64,000 nucleotides of DNA from Balanoglossus misakiensis (Eukaryota > Animalia > Hemichordata): positions 4,402,305-4,466,304 of the forward strand of contig CM082577.2 of NCBI GenBank assembly GCA_040954595.2, given 5' to 3'. Numbering within the stretch: position 1 is the stretch's first letter; each line of letters begins with the position of its first letter. Below the pieces are notes generated by a model. The model ran no database searches. It saw only the letters and a list, made by a program, of their open reading frames with translations, and was not told the DNA's origin. This document shows, in pieces, positions 13,501-26,221 of the stretch. Made by a program: the position numbers and the translations under genes.

Positions 13501-16060
13501 CATGAGTCATATCAGTCGACTGCCCAGAGTAACTGGTCTGGAATATTCGGGGTTCTTAAACAGCACCACAATCTGGGTGACAGTCTAATCCAATGGTCTA
13601 AGTGACAGCCAGCCCTGCACTTGTGTCAGCATATGTATTACGAGAGTAGTGACCGTGTGTGCTCTGCATGACTTGGGCGACGACAAGAGCCCAGTTCCAC
13701 ACTGAGTGAGATGGACGACTGCTGTGCTATCTTGCAAAGCTACTCACCTGATTGACATTATTGTAGAAGGTGGCAATGTAGATGTCGGCTTCAAAGACCG
13801 GGGCTCTGTGCGGCGTTGCCTGGGTAACGATGGTGTGCACCAACGAGGGATCGAAGTTGGGCAGAGTGAACAGAGCGCGTGCGATGATTCCGCCCTGGAT
13901 GAAGAGAACAAAAAGAGGATAAAAGATGTGGTTTTCGACAAAAAAAGAAAAGAAAATTATTCCAGTGGCCAGGATGCACACATACATCTTAATTGTCCAA
14001 GTTACTTCAAAAATAAGTTAATCTTTGAAAAATTCTCCTCTTATATTCTAGTGACCGGAAATGTAATGCTACAAAGAGACCCTGGACACAGAGCTGGTCA
14101 CTAAGTACTTACCATAGAATGCCCTACAAGCACCACTGACTTTGGCGGGTGCTTCGCATGCTTGTACAACGACAGGATATGCTTGATACAGTGGTGTACA
14201 TATTCTGTAGCAATCAAAACACAGAGCAAGTATAAAGTTAGGTTTGTTATTTCAAATTTAGATGAGGTCATATTGACCCAGAATTACTATTGTTCTACTC
14301 TCATTAAAGTTGATATACTCGGGCAGTATCAGACTGATATTGTTACTCACCAGTTTGTCCGTCCAGAAAGCCCCCGTAGAGACCAGTTAATTCACCGTTT
14401 AAGTTGACGACGAAATAATTGAAGTGGTACGGAGATTTCTCGGCCTTGCGCAAAGCCACCGACCCAAGCGACCGAACTGGAATCGCACAGAAATATTGAC
14501 AATGTGACTTTAATACACATAATGGTCGAATACACATGCATACAAGTCATGCCCCCCCTACCACCACCACATATGCTGGTATCACCATTTGAATCTACTA
14601 ATGGCATAAAGAGCGAGTCAAATAATTTCGCCAGCTATGCCAAATCGTTTACGCTACATCAGCTCTTCCGTTGCTATTGGTTACCTTGTTTGTAGCTGCC
14701 TGCATTTCCTGGGATGAACAACACTGGTATACCATTCAATTTCATACTCCTGTCAAAGAGATACCATCAACATTAAGATCACATCGGCTGCCATGGCAAT
14801 ATGCAAATATGACATTGTTCCCCAACTGACATAGTTTTTGGGGGAGTTCAGTTAAAACAACTGTTTTTGTGTGTGTATCTGTTGGATTCCAAGACACTTG
14901 AACAGCTGGCAAAAATGGTCATATCTATACAGAGAAAATGTCAGATTGTCACAGTTGTTTTCTAACACCATATGAATAACAGAGGGAAGTGTCTATTACA
15001 CGTTCATGTAAGATTAGAATGTCTGCAGGGAGTTGTACAGCCCACATGCCAATTGAACACATCAGTGAACATCATGCACTGTTTAATTCCAGTCTATGTA
15101 TCGAGAAACTTACGTGGGACATAGAAAGCACCAGCATGGGGAAAATGGCCACAAGGGCTACAGGCCAGTGTCCCTTTAATGCTTTGACGAACTAGAGTAT
15201 CTCTCTGGCATTACTTACTCTGACTGCTTAGCATAGACTCCTTCCCCGTACAGATGCAGAGAATACTGCGGAAATTTCTGTAGGATTTTCTCGGGAAGAC
15301 CTGGAACATCCTGTTAAAACACGTATAGCAAAGCCTGTTATATTTGTTTATTTAATGACCTAGATTTTGTGAAATTCAATTGATGGTGTTTGGAACACTG
15401 GTACTGGGAGAATATGGATTCTCTGTATGTCCTGGACCATAAATGAATGTACATGTACACCCCTGTAGCAAAGGTCGCTTCTGATCACTATGACAACAAA
15501 GACCTGTACATCATTGAGCAAATACGACTGTATTTGTCTGCTAAAAAACTTACACAGTTTATTACATAATCATGGACAAGCAAAAAAAAACCCAGATTGT
15601 CAAGATGTGTGATCGTGACCAGGTAAATCATGGAGGTAGATGGGTAAAAAGTAGAGGGTTCTCACTTCACCTACATCGAACAATAACTTCCTGGTTTTGG
15701 CTGTAAACGCCTTGAATAAATCTCCACTGAGAGGTTGCTAAAATCATAGACAGTGGAGAATGAACCGCGAACTTAAAATATCTCAAAGGACACTGTACCT
15801 CCACACACACACCAGTCTTTGTGGAGCCTGGTGAAGCTACAGATAGAACTATTAAAGACGTACAGTGAATCATGAGCGAGTCTATCATTGCTTTTATGCA
15901 TAGAATCCAACGTTGAAACCATGCTTACCAGATATCTAGGTCTTTCCCACATCCACGTCATTTCACAAGCATTTTCCTCGACATCGAAGAGATAATCGAG
16001 TATCCCCCACGCTAAAAAGGATAGCATAAGACTGCATAACACCTTATTCTTGGCAGCCAT
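7513..16060 (-). CDS. PGAP1: GPI inositol-deacylase PGAP1 (multi-exon, about 20 coding exons)
   Basis: Exon 1 (15929-16060) [44 protein letters not shown]. Then 15219-15310 YSLHLYGEG, 14685-14749 [16 protein letters not shown], 14351-14476 [11 protein letters not shown]. Lipase motif LVGHSM|GGIIARAL split near 14112/13890. Also [34 protein letters not shown], then multi-TM C-terminal exons (about 9351-9550, 8128-8345, 7765-7868) and last exon ...[22 protein letters not shown] ending at 7513. GT-AG junctions with consistent phases where checked. Confidence 0.95.
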
Positions 16061-16628
16061 GTTCGCTGTAACCTGTCTGTGCACTCAATGCGAGTTTTGT
16101 ACATGTGTACAGCCGGGGGAGAGAGGGCGCTGTGTGTTGACCTTTGACCGAAAGATACTTGATCATTGAACAGTCGCACTCGTGTGACTGTGAGTGTGAT
16201 GACATGAATCGAATAGACAGGTCGAAATCCGGCTTGGCAAGGTATCGGGTACCTAGGGCTCTGTCAAAATGCCTTGAAATGAGAAACAAATTATATAGTA
16301 TTTCATAAAGGATTTTTGCCCTGGCCGCGCCGCAGTGGTAAGAAAATATAGAGTGCATTAACTTTCTCGGTGTGCACCAGACATATCGCACCAAGAGGTG
16401 CGCATACACACACATGCCCCATCCACTGAGAATTATGTCCAATTATTAAATTTCAGCAAAATTATTTAAATGCTAGTAGCTACTTGGAACCTTTGTTTTT
16501 TTTTATGTTCGAGCCGAAAGAAAAGTCAAACGTTATGATACGCAATAAGTTATGGTATCAATAGTGTTTTTTCTCAAGTGTATCTCTGAGTGGAAGAATG
16601 GAAATCATGACCAGCTAACGCGACCACA

Positions 16629-16668
16629 GTGACGTAACAGATGACGTCACTACCGTGACGTAACAGAT
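16629..16668. promoter_or_regulatory. Cluster of CRE/ATF-like sites upstream of PGAP1
   Basis: GTGACGTAAC, TGACGTCA, GTGACGTAAC within 40 bp (partly a direct repeat), about 570 bp upstream of the PGAP1 ATG. Confidence 0.3.
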
Positions 16669-19377
16669 GTTTTTGGGCCATGTTTGCCCACTGTCTGATA
16701 TCAACGACAAACACCATGGTGATTGTAAACTAAACAGACATAGCAACAACACATCAGACGATTACGGAAGGCCGTTTCTACTGATGGAGTTCTCATGTGG
16801 ACCGTATGCATCATCATACCAGTACATGTACGTACATAAGAGCGAAGCTCTGTTAGCTTATGCTCAACGTTGACAAAGAAGAATAAAAAGCAACCCGGTG
16901 ACATTCATTTTTTCGGAGATCCATCACAAGTACAGTGCGGTGACACAAGTCTGTTTAATACACTAGACCGTTGCGGGCGCTGGGCGACAATTCGACGTTG
17001 GGCGATCCGACGCTGGGCGACCATACACGACGTTGAGCGACTTATAGATTTGGATGAATTGCTTGCGTGACTTAGCTTAGATAAAAACGGGTAAGTCTCG
17101 CACTTCCCTGAAATGTTCACATATATTTCACAGAGGTTTCTGCATAGCTGTAGGTTGCTTCTCCGGCGATAAGTTTGTCTCATCCATGGCGTCTTTGAAA
17201 TATGGAAATAGTCGTTGCTACTGCAGTGCAGTGAACGACGTGAGTGAAAAAGACATCGCATATGGTAGCTTGATCCTCCACATTTTTTCTGTGATTTGCC
17301 TAAGGATAGATTGCTAGCACTTCGGAATATTGCCAAGACTATATTTCGCCCCATCAGTCAAGTTTCTTCGCGATCGCACACGTACGTACAACGGTACATC
17401 CCAGGTAAAACTACGCTTTGGCATTTACACTGCTCCGCTCTCTCTCTCTCCGTCTGTCTCGGGAGATATCTCGCGGTTTCGCTTGCCCCTAACTTTCCTT
17501 CCACCAGTCACTGTAAAATGTGGTTTCGGGAACTTTTTACAGGGCATGTCTCTGTCATAAATTCTCCGAAAACTATCTCAAGGATGGTTGCTGCACCAAC
17601 AACCCCTTCCAAACTTCGCCCTCAACGGCTAACCCCTTTCAAAACAATGGGCAAAAATCAATATAAACGGCATTTTTAATTACGTTGTTTTTAATGGGTT
17701 GCCTGGTAGCGGTGTCAGCCTTTGACTTTTTTGAATTCGTTGGTAAACCGTGACATTGTCGTGAGGTGGAAGCGCGTTGAGCTCTGCCGTGATGCGTCGG
17801 GATTTAATAGAATTGTGAAAAAATGGTGTTCAGTGGTTTGTGGCACGCAACGTCCGTAGATGCTTCATGTTATTTATGCTGTCTCTGACGTCTGTGGAGT
17901 CGTAAACAAAAAACTGTCAACCTTCAGAGAAAGTGTCATCTGGGTAATTGTCCAAAGGTAAGTCGACCTTGTGATTTTTTATGATGTTGGGAAAAAGTGA
18001 GGAACAAACCCGTAGGTCATCAGTAGTGTGATAATATTTTCGTGGTAGAACAAAACTTACTGATCGTAATGGGAATTGCGAGTGATTCTTTATACCCCCT
18101 ATTTCCGCCGAATTGGTTTTCACTGCCCTATCAGAACCACCTGACATCATTAATCTCGGCTGAAAGTGAATTGAAAAAAAAGTGAAATCAAACGAAAAGA
18201 AGCGAAATGAAAAGATAACGGCCTTCACCGCGATCGATAACCATCATGGTGTATAACGGTTCATGGTGTGATCAACATGCAGACTTTGTAAGACAGACAC
18301 CCGGTTTTAGGCAAAGAAAAAAAAAGAAACGTGTCGTACCGTGACCGACACATACTCATGGTTGTTAGGAAGGCCGGCAAAATTATTAAATAAGACAAAT
18401 TATTTCTTAGATTTTTCAGTGTGGATGTGATGATCGTTAATACGATACCGAAAGTTGACCTGGGACTGCTGCCGTGGCTCTATCACTGGTAGCGAAGTTG
18501 TTGTCTGGGCGTGGTTGGTTGTGTTTGGATATGGGTGTGGTCAGTGGGAATGAGCAATCGTTTGATCATGGAGCTACTGTCTATGGTGGCCGTGGTTTGA
18601 CGTAGTCATAATGATACAATGGACCACGGTCAATCCGAGGGACTGTCCGTGACCAGACGAAGAGACGAGGCCAAAACGGCAATAGTACATGTGTTGTCGC
18701 CGCGACAGGCCAACAGGCATGGCACGGCCAAATTTGGTGTCTGGTGAAATCGGCTTTGTTGTATTGTAGTCGTAAATTACACCCCTTCTTACGGCAACAG
18801 CTGGAGACGCGATGATCGATTTTTGGACACTATCGTGGTTGTAGAAAACCGGTAGAACAAACCAGCGATTATCATTACTAGACATTAGCGCGTATGTACA
18901 CACAGTGCTACCATACGAGAACTTTGGTTCCCCAAAGACCACAGGGAATCTGTACGGAAACGTATAGGTCCGAGTTCGAAAATCATATTACATACGGATA
19001 TCACAAATCGCGGGCGCATAAAAAAGTCAGTCCAGAGGAGTTGTTTGAAATCATGCTTTTAGTGCTTTTAAACTGTTTTATCATTTTTCCGTGGGCCCGG
19101 GGAGTGTTGACAATTAATGGAATACCTTTCTGTTATGCAGATATCAGATCAATTTGAGTTTTAAATTGTGCTAATTGACAATTCGCTGTGAATTGCCACG
19201 GTGCATAAATAAAGCGAATAACACACACTTCCAAAGCTCATCGCTCGAACCGTTCAATGCACAAACCAAAAGCGTTTCCTGACAGTCTGCATAAGAAGTA
19301 GACAAATAGAGAAGAATAAATAGAAACCAATATAGGCCAACAGTTAGAGCTTATAGATAACCAAACAACAATGACGT

Positions 19378-19736
19378 CATACATACATACATACATACTG
19401 TACATACATACATACATACATACATACATACATACATACATACATACATACATACATACATACATACATACATACATACATACATACATACAAACATACA
19501 TACATACATACATACATACATACATACATACATACATACATACATACATACATACATACATACATACATACATACAAACATACATACATACATACATACA
19601 TACATACATACATACATACATACATACATACATACATACATACAAACATACATACATACATACATACATACATACATACATACATACATACATACATACA
19701 TACATACATACATACATACATACATACATACATACA
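19378..19736. repeat. (TACA)n tetranucleotide microsatellite, about 360 bp
   Basis: Visible ACAT tandem array with a few ACAA interruptions; source of the MYVC/IHTY pseudo-ORFs. Confidence 0.99.
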
Positions 19737-22028
19737 TTCCAACTGTCACAGACACAATGATATTTAATATACAATGTAATTATTATTGGGAGGCGTCTAA
19801 AAATGAAGGTTGGGTTCTTTAAAATTCACATATTACCGCAGATGTAGTCTGCTCAGCCCTTAAAAAATCAATAAACGTTTTTGATAATAAACGTCGCTAA
19901 TATGAGGCCCGGCCCATGCCATGCGTGTTCTCATAAAACCATAGAATATGTTGATACGACACTGAACGTGATAAAAAAAGTTTGGCTTTAAAATGTTATT
20001 GGACGAACGAGAGAAGTGGGGGTGTGTGGGCATGCCGCCGAGACCGTCCTACAAGTTCAGTTGAAGGTGCGAGGAAGGGAAGACGTGTAGGGGTCAACAA
20101 ACTTTCACATCCAATGGTTTCCCTTTGTTTTCCCCCAATTGTTACGTTGTCAGGAGCGTAACTCTCGGAGATAGGGGAACCGGAAGTAGTGAGTCACTCG
20201 CAGGCAATGTCGTTGGTCGAGTCGCACAGGTGACGTGTTCGCCGTGGGCTGAGTGAAAGTCCTGTTGACTCAACTTTAACTCGCGCCGAGATCCGCATCA
20301 GTCCGGGGGTACACCACGACCAGGAGCCACTGGGATTTTTTTTTTCGAGAAAGGGGTAGGTTGGAAAAAAAAACGAGTGATTGAATTCAATGTCAGTCCG
20401 CTGCACTTGTCGTATTGTGGCGGTGCCGTCCTGTCAGTGTCGCCGTTGATTTCTCCGTTCTTCCCGTCCCAGGATTCGGAGTTTTCATTAATCGCACGTC
20501 TTAGGAATTTTATCACCTGTGTCGACATCGTAGTGTTTGATCGTCTCGAGTAAAGATCTGTATCCGTCCTTGATTTTAAGGGGGGAAAACGTTAAAAATA
20601 CGGCTTCGTTGAAACCCGAGTCGATGCTGGCATTTGTGTGTTACGTAACATCATATAATGTACCAGCCATCGTCCACCGACACTCGCCTGGGTGTGTGTG
20701 GACAGCATACGCCCCGTTGAATTCAGCGACATTTTTCATGGATTTTCCAGGTTCTGTACCCGTTTCCAGGATTTGGTAGTCGGATTTTTTGTGTGAGATC
20801 AATTATCGCAAAATTGTATACATGTATTCCTAAATACACAGCACGACAATGTCAATGGCGAACAATACAGAACGGAACTGTCCGATATTTGCATTTATGT
20901 GCATATGATCAACCTTGTTTGTACGTGGTAATTGTAAGCTCGCTTAACATAATCAAATTATATGAACTCCAACTGTCGGTTGTAGGTGAACGCGTTCAAC
21001 GACGTTTACCCCAGACTTGAGGATGGCCGATGGTGACCATGCGATTTTATTCGACCTTAGTTAATTCGGCCTGATTTAATGATTTAATTTCATTTGGCTG
21101 AGCATGGTCACTCGAATGTGGGCTGACTGGGCTACGTGTAAAACTTAATGATTAAAATCATCAATTTCGCCTGTACACTTAAAATTATGGCGAACAGAGA
21201 AATTAGATCTATTAGCCTTGCATTAACATACTGGAGCACCTAAGTGATTGCATAATACTAATTCTAACCGAAGTCGCATAATTAGTCTAGTTTTGTATTC
21301 AAAAGCGTCGCTGTGGCGAAACCGTTTCATGCTGGCAGTGGTATAGGTAATGACCATCCGAATTCTGGAGGTTACGTCAGTTAGGCCTGCTGCCGCGTCC
21401 ATGCATATTACACATGGTGTGTAAAACCTGGTATGAAAGGCGGGTGCCCGCAGGTCGGAATGTTAACACCCCTTCCCACGTTTTGTGTGGGATTATCGGC
21501 AAAATTTACCCGTTGAAAATGTGGGCACTAAACCGAAAACAGACACTGGTGCAGTGGTCCATGGTGAACAGAAATAAACAGAAAACTGGCTGCGAGTAAA
21601 ATGGGAAATGAACATATAATAAACATTCTGATTTAGTGAAATATCGTTATGGGGATCGATCGTTGTGGTAGATTTCACCTTTGTTCAGGAATCGGGAACA
21701 TATTTGCCCAATCATTAAAATGAATTGTATTCGTACATTTTTTCGTTGTTATTCAAATTATTGAGATTTTGTGTTAAGCTAAGGACATAATTCATCTTTT
21801 TCTCTCTGTACCTATGGTACCCAATAAATATCACAGACGTATGAGGAAAGTTCGCGCAGGATTGTCCCCTGAGCTAAGCTCGCTGGTTAACGAAATTTCT
21901 TCTTGGGTAGGGTTAAATCTTCCTAATACCTCCATGGTTAAATGAAAAAAAAAAGACACATTGTGAATTCTGCATATTTGAACAGCTCCTCTTTTATGTT
22001 TCACTGTCTTTCCTTCTTTCCAGGTAAC

Positions 22029-23174
22029 ATGAGGAAGGTGAAACATATCAAAATTCTTGCAGTACTGATCCTTTTCTTCGGGGGCTTCTTGACTTTCGTC
22101 TACCAGTACAGCATCGACCAGCGGTTCCGCGTGCTGGTCTTCTGGTGCGGCCTGGACAACATCCTGCTGAACAGCGACGGCTGGCTGAACGGGACCCTCG
22201 AGCCGCACGATGACTACGTGGTGCCCAACGTTGCCCACTTCACGTGGCTGTACTGCCGCGACTTCAGCTTCATCCACCTGCTGAGCATGGTCAGCGTGTA
22301 CAAGGTGATGCAGCCGGACAGGATCCTCTTCCACACCAACTGTGAGCCGGAGGGCCGGTGGTGGAACGAGGTGAAGCTCATCCCCACCCTGGAGGTGCAC
22401 TACATCGAGCCGCCCGTCAAGGTGTTCGACCAGGAGCTGAACTTGAACTGGCCCGAGCACCAGTCGGACATCGCCCGCATCGAGGTCCTCATCAAGTACG
22501 GCGGCGTGTACTTCGACCCGGACATCTTCGTGGTGCAGCCGCTGGAGCCGCTGCGCCGGTACGACTACGTCGTCGGGCGGGAGGACGGCTACATGCTGAA
22601 CAACGGCATCATCATGACGGCCGTCAACTCCACCTTCCTGCGGCTCTTCTACGACAGCTACAGGAACTACAGGCGGCGCTGCTTCAACTGCAACTCCATC
22701 ATCCAGCAGCACAACCTGGCCGAGACCAACTCGGACCTGATCCACATCGAGAACTACAGCATGCAGCAGCCGGACAACCTGCACTGGAAGACGCTGTTCT
22801 ACGGCAAGTTCCCGTGGAAGGAGGGCCACTTCACGTTCCACATCTGGATGGGCGCCTACCGGCTGTGGAGCTGGATCGGCGCGCCCAGGCAGCAAGGCGG
22901 CGAGTGGATCCGCGAGTTCTCGCCGGAGAACATCAAGCAGCTGGACTCGTCCTTCGGCGAGATGTGCCGCTTCATCTACTACGGCAACAGCACCATCATA
23001 GAGCCGGAGGCCGAGGCGCCCAAGCCGTGGTGGGTCTCCGTCAGGAAGCCGCTGCACGGAGACGACGATGGTGCAGCAGAGCCGATGGTGTTGCCGTCCA
23101 AAAGGGGGAGAGCGAGGTCGCGTAAAAATCGGGGGAAGACGGCAAAGTTAGCGATGGCTACTCGGGAAAACTAA
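22029..23174 (+). CDS. Type II membrane glycosyltransferase with DXD sugar-binding region (GT32 / Gly_transf_sug, alpha-1,4-glycosyltransferase-like), single coding exon, 381 aa
   Basis: ATG at 22029 just after a pyrimidine tract and CAG acceptor. N-terminus MRKVKHIK plus hydrophobic signal anchor ILAVLILFFGGFLTFVY. Motifs VVPNVAHFTW, PEGRWW, HQSDIARIEVLIKYGGVYFDPD (DXD) and LNNGII. Strong codon bias. Confidence 0.9.
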   Translation: MRKVKHIKILAVLILFFGGFLTFVYQYSIDQRFRVLVFWCGLDNILLNSDGWLNGTLEPHDDYVVPNVAHFTWLYCRDFSFIHLLSMVSVYKVMQPDRILFHTNCEPEGRWWNEVKLIPTLEVHYIEPPVKVFDQELNLNWPEHQSDIARIEVLIKYGGVYFDPDIFVVQPLEPLRRYDYVVGREDGYMLNNGIIMTAVNSTFLRLFYDSYRNYRRRCFNCNSIIQQHNLAETNSDLIHIENYSMQQPDNLHWKTLFYGKFPWKEGHFTFHIWMGAYRLWSWIGAPRQQGGEWIREFSPENIKQLDSSFGEMCRFIYYGNSTIIEPEAEAPKPWWVSVRKPLHGDDDGAAEPMVLPSKRGRARSRKNRGKTAKLAMATREN

Positions 23175-26100
23175 ATTGAGATTTTGAAGAGACTTTGCGA
23201 TTGTGCCAACAAACTTTGACGTTCTTCGGGACAGAGACATTATTTTTAGGATAAGCCGATGGTTCTACAATAACTATACATGTACACTGAAATGGCAGCG
23301 GTTTTCGTGCATCCCCTCTGTTGCACACACCCACAGTTCAAAACGCAATGGCTACGGGGTTCTTTTTTGGCTAAAATTTAAAGGGGTAAACTATTGACAT
23401 CAGAAATCGGCAAAACTGTTGATTATGGACTAAGGTTTATGACACCGGCTCTTTTATTAGGCCGAGAAAAAATTGTCTAAAGCCGAAAGGGTTTAAAACG
23501 CCGAAATTTGTGAGGCTGAAATTACTAGCGTATTACCAGACTTTGTGAGTACATGTACAGTATTATATAGTTGTATTTCTAAAAATGTAATAATCGTCAG
23601 CAGGTAGCCGACATGACGTAATCAAATTTTATGTCTATGAGACTGCGCAGTGCGTAACGTCAAATGAGTCACACCTGTGCACCCCCCCCCCCCGAAAATT
23701 AAAATCACCGGGGGAAACGGGGAAAACGACGATAGCAAGTCGATAAGCGCGATCGTCAGTCGCAGTTTTGTTGTCTTCGCAGACATTAAGCCGGTAGCCG
23801 ATTCGTAGATTTTTTTTGAAAATTGTCATATTTCGATGGGAAAAAGGGAAAAGTGGTAAACTGAAGGTGACCGTGGTCTGGACTGATGGGTCTGGTCGTT
23901 GCCATGACACCAAGGCCTGCATGAAGTCCAGGGCAGTGTAAAATCGAGTCGACAATAACCACAGACAAAGCGGTCATTTATGATGTTACATCACTGAAGT
24001 GACAAGGGACCCGACAGAGGGCCGTACATTGTGGAGAATTCCAGAAGAGCAGTGTTAAATATTTTTTATGTGAGTGTTTGAAGTGAAGCACTCGTTTCAA
24101 GAATGAATTTGTGTAAAAACTGTTGTGTCGTTTTAACACTTCTTTTTGTACGAAATTTGAGCTGTAATAGTATAGTGACGCTACACATAGATCTCATGTA
24201 TTTTTACACGGCCTGGCGTGCTCGACAAGCCGATAGAAATAGTTACTAGTACTTTTCACATGTGTTTTGTAGTTAATTATGTAGGTTAAAGTTCGTTCGT
24301 CCGAGAACAGAATTCGTGGGAAAGTGTGATTGATGTTTTAAAGTGACTGTGTATGTTGTTTAAATAGTGTTGCCTTTTGTAAGAGATAAAAAAAGACGTA
24401 CACACGTGTTCCGAGCTGTTTTCAATGACTTTAACTCGTTGCCTTCATAATTAAACGCTGCTCTCGTAGAAATAGGTAATCGCCTTCAAGTAGAATAGTG
24501 ATCAAATATTTTAGAATTCAAAGGATAGTTAGCGTGTTCAAGTAGGCGCCGATTGCACCAACAATGCGAGCGCTTTTGATTTTCTTGTTTTTCGTGTCGG
24601 GATTTTTTTTCTCGGCATGTTTAACACGTCCATGGTCATTGTGTGGGTGTACGATTCGCGAAAACATGAAAGGGTTTGTCTTAGCACAGAAACCACACGA
24701 TGCTCCCCTTAGAAAGAGAAAGTCCCGGATCCCGGTTTTCAGTTGCGCCCAGCTATTTCGAAACCTTGATCTTCCGAATCGTATGTAACCCTATCCACAG
24801 GCTGATATTGTTTAGACATTTAGCATGCTTTTATAATGAAATGTAAGCGAGCACACATTCCACTGCAAGTGGTTTATAGTTGAAATAAAATTCTTGTGCA
24901 CTTAAGAAACCAGTGTCGCGTTTGTGTTTCACGCCATGCGTCCATACTCAATGACATGCGCACGTAAAAAAGACGTCGAAGGAGACCACTACCAGAAAAC
25001 TGCGCAAATACATGTTCTTTCAATTTTGACGAACGTACATTTAAACGTGACAGTCATGCAATATCGACTCAGGATCCTCACTAGAGGGCGCTGCACTTGT
25101 GAAGATAAGCAGCTTGGTGAGTTGGCCCTGTATCTCCAGATCTCAAGTCACGGCACATGACGAGAAGCTACTGATGCTCGCGAAATGACGTTACCATTCA
25201 AAGCAGCTTCATGGAGAACTTTAAATAAACAGCTTTTATTCGAAAGAAAAAAAAAAAACACGTATCCATTATATATATATAAAGCATACACAAACAGAAA
25301 TCTAATTATTACATTTGAAATATGTGCAGAGCACTGGAACGTATTTCTACAAAATTGTAGAAAGTTTGCAAGTTAAGTACAGGCGAGCCTTCAAGTAACC
25401 AGTGCCTAAGTCAAAATATTTACAGAGATCTGTCAGCTATACATGTATACAAAACCAAGACCCACAATGCAAGATAACCATCTGAAGCTTGCCATTTTCC
25501 CCTCTCCCTTCCAGAACCAGTTGAACTGCATATTTTTCCTTTGTCATGTTCAGTGAGTGAGACGACCAGGGCTGTAAGACTGGTACAGTATCAAGGCACA
25601 ACAAAATGTGTATTAGTGACACACAGGATGGTCCCCATCTGACCCATTTGGACGGTTTCTAGAGATTAGCCAGGTCGCACCACCCAGCAGAAGCAATTTT
25701 GAAGATGACTTCTCATCACTCTGGGAAAACCCACGATGAAAGCTGACGTAACCTGCACATCAAGTATATCACATATTTACAAAAAAAGAGAAAAGAATTT
25801 CAGCTGATTCAATCTGCTATATTCTCTCTCCCATTTGGCAGAAACTTAAATGATGACCAAGCCTACTATTTTGAAGATGTCTCTGGTATTAATTTTGCAA
25901 GATTTCTAAAATCCAGCTATTCTTGGTTCTAGAAGGGTGAAAAAAACCTGCATATTTCTTGGGTTGGATTGGCTGATTTTTAAGGGGGGAGGTTAGTGGG
26001 AAGATCACGTCAGTATCTTTGCAGGAATCCCGGTACGGTGATTGGCGTTGAAACGTAGAGGCAGCAAGTCGCTACCTAACCGATATTGAACAGCGCCACC

Positions 26101-26221
26101 AGTGGTAGAATGAAGAAGTGGGGGCCGTTGTCGCGAACTCGCACGCGTTACATTGTTTCTGCGTTTCAGCACCAATCACCATACGCCAGCCGACCGTGGC
26201 CAAATCGCTGCAATTTCAAAA

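Noticed and set aside
16965-17040. Short tandem repeat (CGACGYTGGGCGA) and surrounding ORFs
   Set aside because: Only 3-4 degenerate units and no recognisable protein; likely a low-complexity CpG-rich patch.
19238-19774. MYVC/IHTY repeat ORFs
   Set aside because: Translations of the (TACA)n microsatellite.
21831-23125. 408-aa antisense ORF and 255-aa alternate-frame ORF
   Set aside because: Shadows of the GC3-rich glycosyltransferase CDS; no independent motifs.
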